Part shown: piece after piece, positions 46,133 through 48,434 of the stretch | How positions within the stretch are numbered: the first letter of the stretch is position 1 | How the letters are laid out: the number at the start of each line of letters is the position of its first letter | Assembly: GCA_046498225.1 (NCBI GenBank) | Contig: JAWOBF010000070.1 | Coordinates: 1-48,434, forward strand | Origin: Candidatus Aegiribacteria sp. | Lineage (GTDB): Bacteria > Fermentibacterota > Fermentibacteria > Fermentibacterales > JCC-6 | Reading direction: 5' to 3' | Length of the DNA stretch: 48,434 bases | The notes under the pieces: generated by a model | What the model was told of the DNA's origin: nothing | Seen by the model: only the letters and a program-made list of their open reading frames with translations | Databases searched by the model: none | Program-made: the position numbers and the translations under genes

Positions 46133-48415
46133 CTAGCGGATAACCATCGCCTGCTGAGTGAGGGTCCCGCCTTCGGCGGTCAGCCTGATGAAGTAGACAC
46201 CGCTGGCGATGCCGCCGGCGGGGGTCCACTGGAGGGAGTGGCTGCCGGCATCGACCGAACCGTCCATAATGGTCTCCACTATGCGGCCGGAGACGTCGTA
46301 GACGGCTATCTCCACCCTGCCGCTCTCGGGGACGCTGAATCCGATGGAGGCGTTGCTCGACACCGGGTTGGGGAAGACCCTGTCCAGGGAGAGAACGGGC
46401 GCCGGAGCTTCCGAACCGGCCACGCCGGTGCCGATGACCACGGATGCTATATCGTACCTGTAGTCATGCTTGAAGGCGCCGAAGAACAGCTCGCCGCTGG
46501 TGGGAACGGTCACGTTGATGGTGACCTGACCGGAGGCGTCTGTAGTACCCTCCTCGTAGCAGGTCATGCCGTCGCCGTAGTTGTCCACCCCGTCGGTTAT
46601 GGTTACGCTGGCGTCCTCAACCGGAGAACCGCCGTCGGTGACCGTGACGGTAATGTCCTGGTTGCCCGGTGACAGGCCGGCCGGGGGGGAGATGGACAGT
46701 ACGCCGGGCTCATCGGCCTGGTCGAAGGTCCAGATGTCCATGGCCGGGTCGCCGAACCAGATGTACATCTTGGCGTTGGTTTCGGCCAGACCTCCGTGAA
46801 TGCCTATGATGGTCACCGTGGAAGCGTTAATGGCCTCTACGACACGGTAGTTGCCGTAGTCGTATATCTCCTTGTAGATCTCCTTGATGTAGTCGTGGTT
46901 GGGAACCGTGTAGGAGGGGTCGGTGGCGCCCAGGTTGCCGCTGGAACCGGCCTCGGCCCACTGCCAGGCCTCCGAAAGGCATGTGCCTGATCCTGTGTAG
47001 TTGCCGTTGTAGCAGGCGATGTTGTAGACGGGAGGCATGAATGTGTTGGTGAGGGCGTTGATGTTGGTGGCGTTCCAGCCGGGGGACCAGGTCCAGTAGG
47101 TATCCATTCCGTGGCCCCTGTAGGTTACCGAACCTATCTCGTTGTTGATCCCTTCGGAGACCATGGCGGCGGTGCCGCCCTCAGGCGGATAGACCTTGGT
47201 GAACACGAAGTCGATGAGGCTGTAGTCCCAGGCGGCCAGCTCGTTCATGCACTGGGTGTACTTGCCGGGGTACTGTTCCCCGTGGGCCGCCAGGATAGCC
47301 TCCGCGGGAATGATGCCCGTGGTGGGGGTATCGTCGAATTCGTAGTCCATGTACCCGCCGATTATCTTGCTTACCTGCAGTTCTATCTGAGCCTGGTCTC
47401 CGGTAAGCCTTCCCACTCCGAGTTCGGCGTAGATGTCTCCTCCGGTTATGCACCCGTACCAGTAGTCACCCACTTTTCCGTCCCAGGTATAGGAGGGAAG
47501 TTCGCTGTGAGTTCCGACGATGGTGGCGAAGCGGGTCACGCCGGTGGTGTAGTTGTCCTCTATGGCCGTCTTGATATCGTCCGGGGTGGATGGTGTGCTC
47601 AAAGTTTCCACCCTGGTGTGCAGCCCCAGGTAATGGTGGGTCTGAAAGAGCTCGGCCACCCAGTCGGCGCTGCTCTCGGTGCAGACGAAAACGTACTCCA
47701 CGCCGTCGTCCCTTGATCCCTCGAGGGGAGCCGCAGCAGCTTCGAACACGTCCCAGTTGAGGATGTTCCTCTCCATGGCGGGGACCATGGAAGGGCTGAC
47801 CGACTCGGCAGGCCTTTCCGCGGAACCTTCGAAGTCAACCCGCACTCTGATGCTGCTGGCCGCTTCCAGGGTTCCGGTGGCGGGGTTGTAACTGAAAGGG
47901 GTTACAACAAGCCTCGATACGTTGAGTCCCGACCAGGCGCCCCGGTTGTCTATGCGCGCCCAGGCGCCGGGGTACTCCCTGTCGCTCCCGTAGAAGTCCT
48001 CGTTAATCACGAAGGGGTAGGGGGCGTGGGCCATGTCCACCTCGGGGGTCTGCCGGGGAAGGACTCGCATGTCGCTGTAGACGGTGGAGGTAACTTCCTC
48101 CACGGTGACGACCGCCTCGGTGCCGAAGGGCAGGGCGAACATCTCGGTTATCGAGGGAAGGGCCGGAAGGCCCACTTCGCCCTGGGGGTAGCATCCGGGA
48201 AGGGACACCACGTTCCAGGTGTTCCCTCCGCCGGGCCTTCGGTCAAGGTTGAAACCCGGAAGGGATATCTCCAGGACCATGTGGCCCTGGTCCGACTCCA
48301 GCAGGGTAACTGCGGGAGCCTCCCCCTCGGCGCCCCCGAAGGACTGCCAGCTGTTGACGTTTCCGGCGGCCAGAACAGCCGCGGAAGCTAGAAGAACAAA
48401 AAAGACGGATTTCAT
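46133..48415 (-). CDS. Gingipain-like C25 cysteine peptidase 3
   Basis: YRGHG, NIACYNG, FGDP, T9SS-type CTD; GGAGG 8 nt upstream of ATG 48415. Confidence 0.88.
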   Translation of the reverse strand: MKSVFFVLLASAAVLAAGNVNSWQSFGGAEGEAPAVTLLESDQGHMVLEISLPGFNLDRRPGGGNTWNVVSLPGCYPQGEVGLPALPSITEMFALPFGTEAVVTVEEVTSTVYSDMRVLPRQTPEVDMAHAPYPFVINEDFYGSDREYPGAWARIDNRGAWSGLNVSRLVVTPFSYNPATGTLEAASSIRVRVDFEGSAERPAESVSPSMVPAMERNILNWDVFEAAAAPLEGSRDDGVEYVFVCTESSADWVAELFQTHHYLGLHTRVETLSTPSTPDDIKTAIEDNYTTGVTRFATIVGTHSELPSYTWDGKVGDYWYGCITGGDIYAELGVGRLTGDQAQIELQVSKIIGGYMDYEFDDTPTTGIIPAEAILAAHGEQYPGKYTQCMNELAAWDYSLIDFVFTKVYPPEGGTAAMVSEGINNEIGSVTYRGHGMDTYWTWSPGWNATNINALTNTFMPPVYNIACYNGNYTGSGTCLSEAWQWAEAGSSGNLGATDPSYTVPNHDYIKEIYKEIYDYGNYRVVEAINASTVTIIGIHGGLAETNAKMYIWFGDPAMDIWTFDQADEPGVLSISPPAGLSPGNQDITVTVTDGGSPVEDASVTITDGVDNYGDGMTCYEEGTTDASGQVTINVTVPTSGELFFGAFKHDYRYDIASVVIGTGVAGSEAPAPVLSLDRVFPNPVSSNASIGFSVPESGRVEIAVYDVSGRIVETIMDGSVDAGSHSLQWTPAGGIASGVYFIRLTAEGGTLTQQAMVIR

Positions 48416-48434
48416 ACCGTTTTCCTCCATTAAA

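Noticed and set aside
43680..48415. Diversity-generating retroelement (TR/VR pair)
   Set aside because: No reverse transcriptase in the window; differences do not look adenine-specific; both copies are full genes.

Overview
GC-rich bacterial chromosomal window spanning the replication origin. Left arm (minus strand): dnaA-dnaN-dciA(DUF721)-gyrB-gyrA, a ~1200-aa orphan helical protein and an asparaginase that runs off the left edge; recF is absent. Right arm (plus strand): rpmH-rnpA-yidD-yidC-mnmE-mnmG-rsmG-parA-parB, with two parS palindromes inside mnmG, then a 55-aa 2[4Fe-4S] ferredoxin missed by the ORF track. Further right: an operon ending in a GT4 glycosyltransferase-formyltransferase-polysaccharide deacetylase triple fusion; a ptb-buk-iorA-iorB fermentation operon; an SLC12-like transporter; a long minus-strand operon rpsF-ssb-(tail-less ssb paralog)-rpsR-DUF2232-rplI-tsaD-acpS-nnr-HD with an rpsF leader hairpin; catalase; DUF1846; and three tandem gingipain-like C25 peptidases with T9SS-type C-terminal domains and duplicated terminator/promoter spacers. 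Gene content suggests an anaerobic peptide-fermenting FCB-group bacterium, possibly Ca. Fermentibacteria (inference, not tested). No rRNA, tRNA, CRISPR or mobile element was seen. Best leads: the triple-fusion glycan enzyme, the PriB-like second SSB beside ssb, the orphan protein possibly coupled to gyrA by an ATA start, and the C25 array. All family assignments come from motif recognition by eye; no searches were run.
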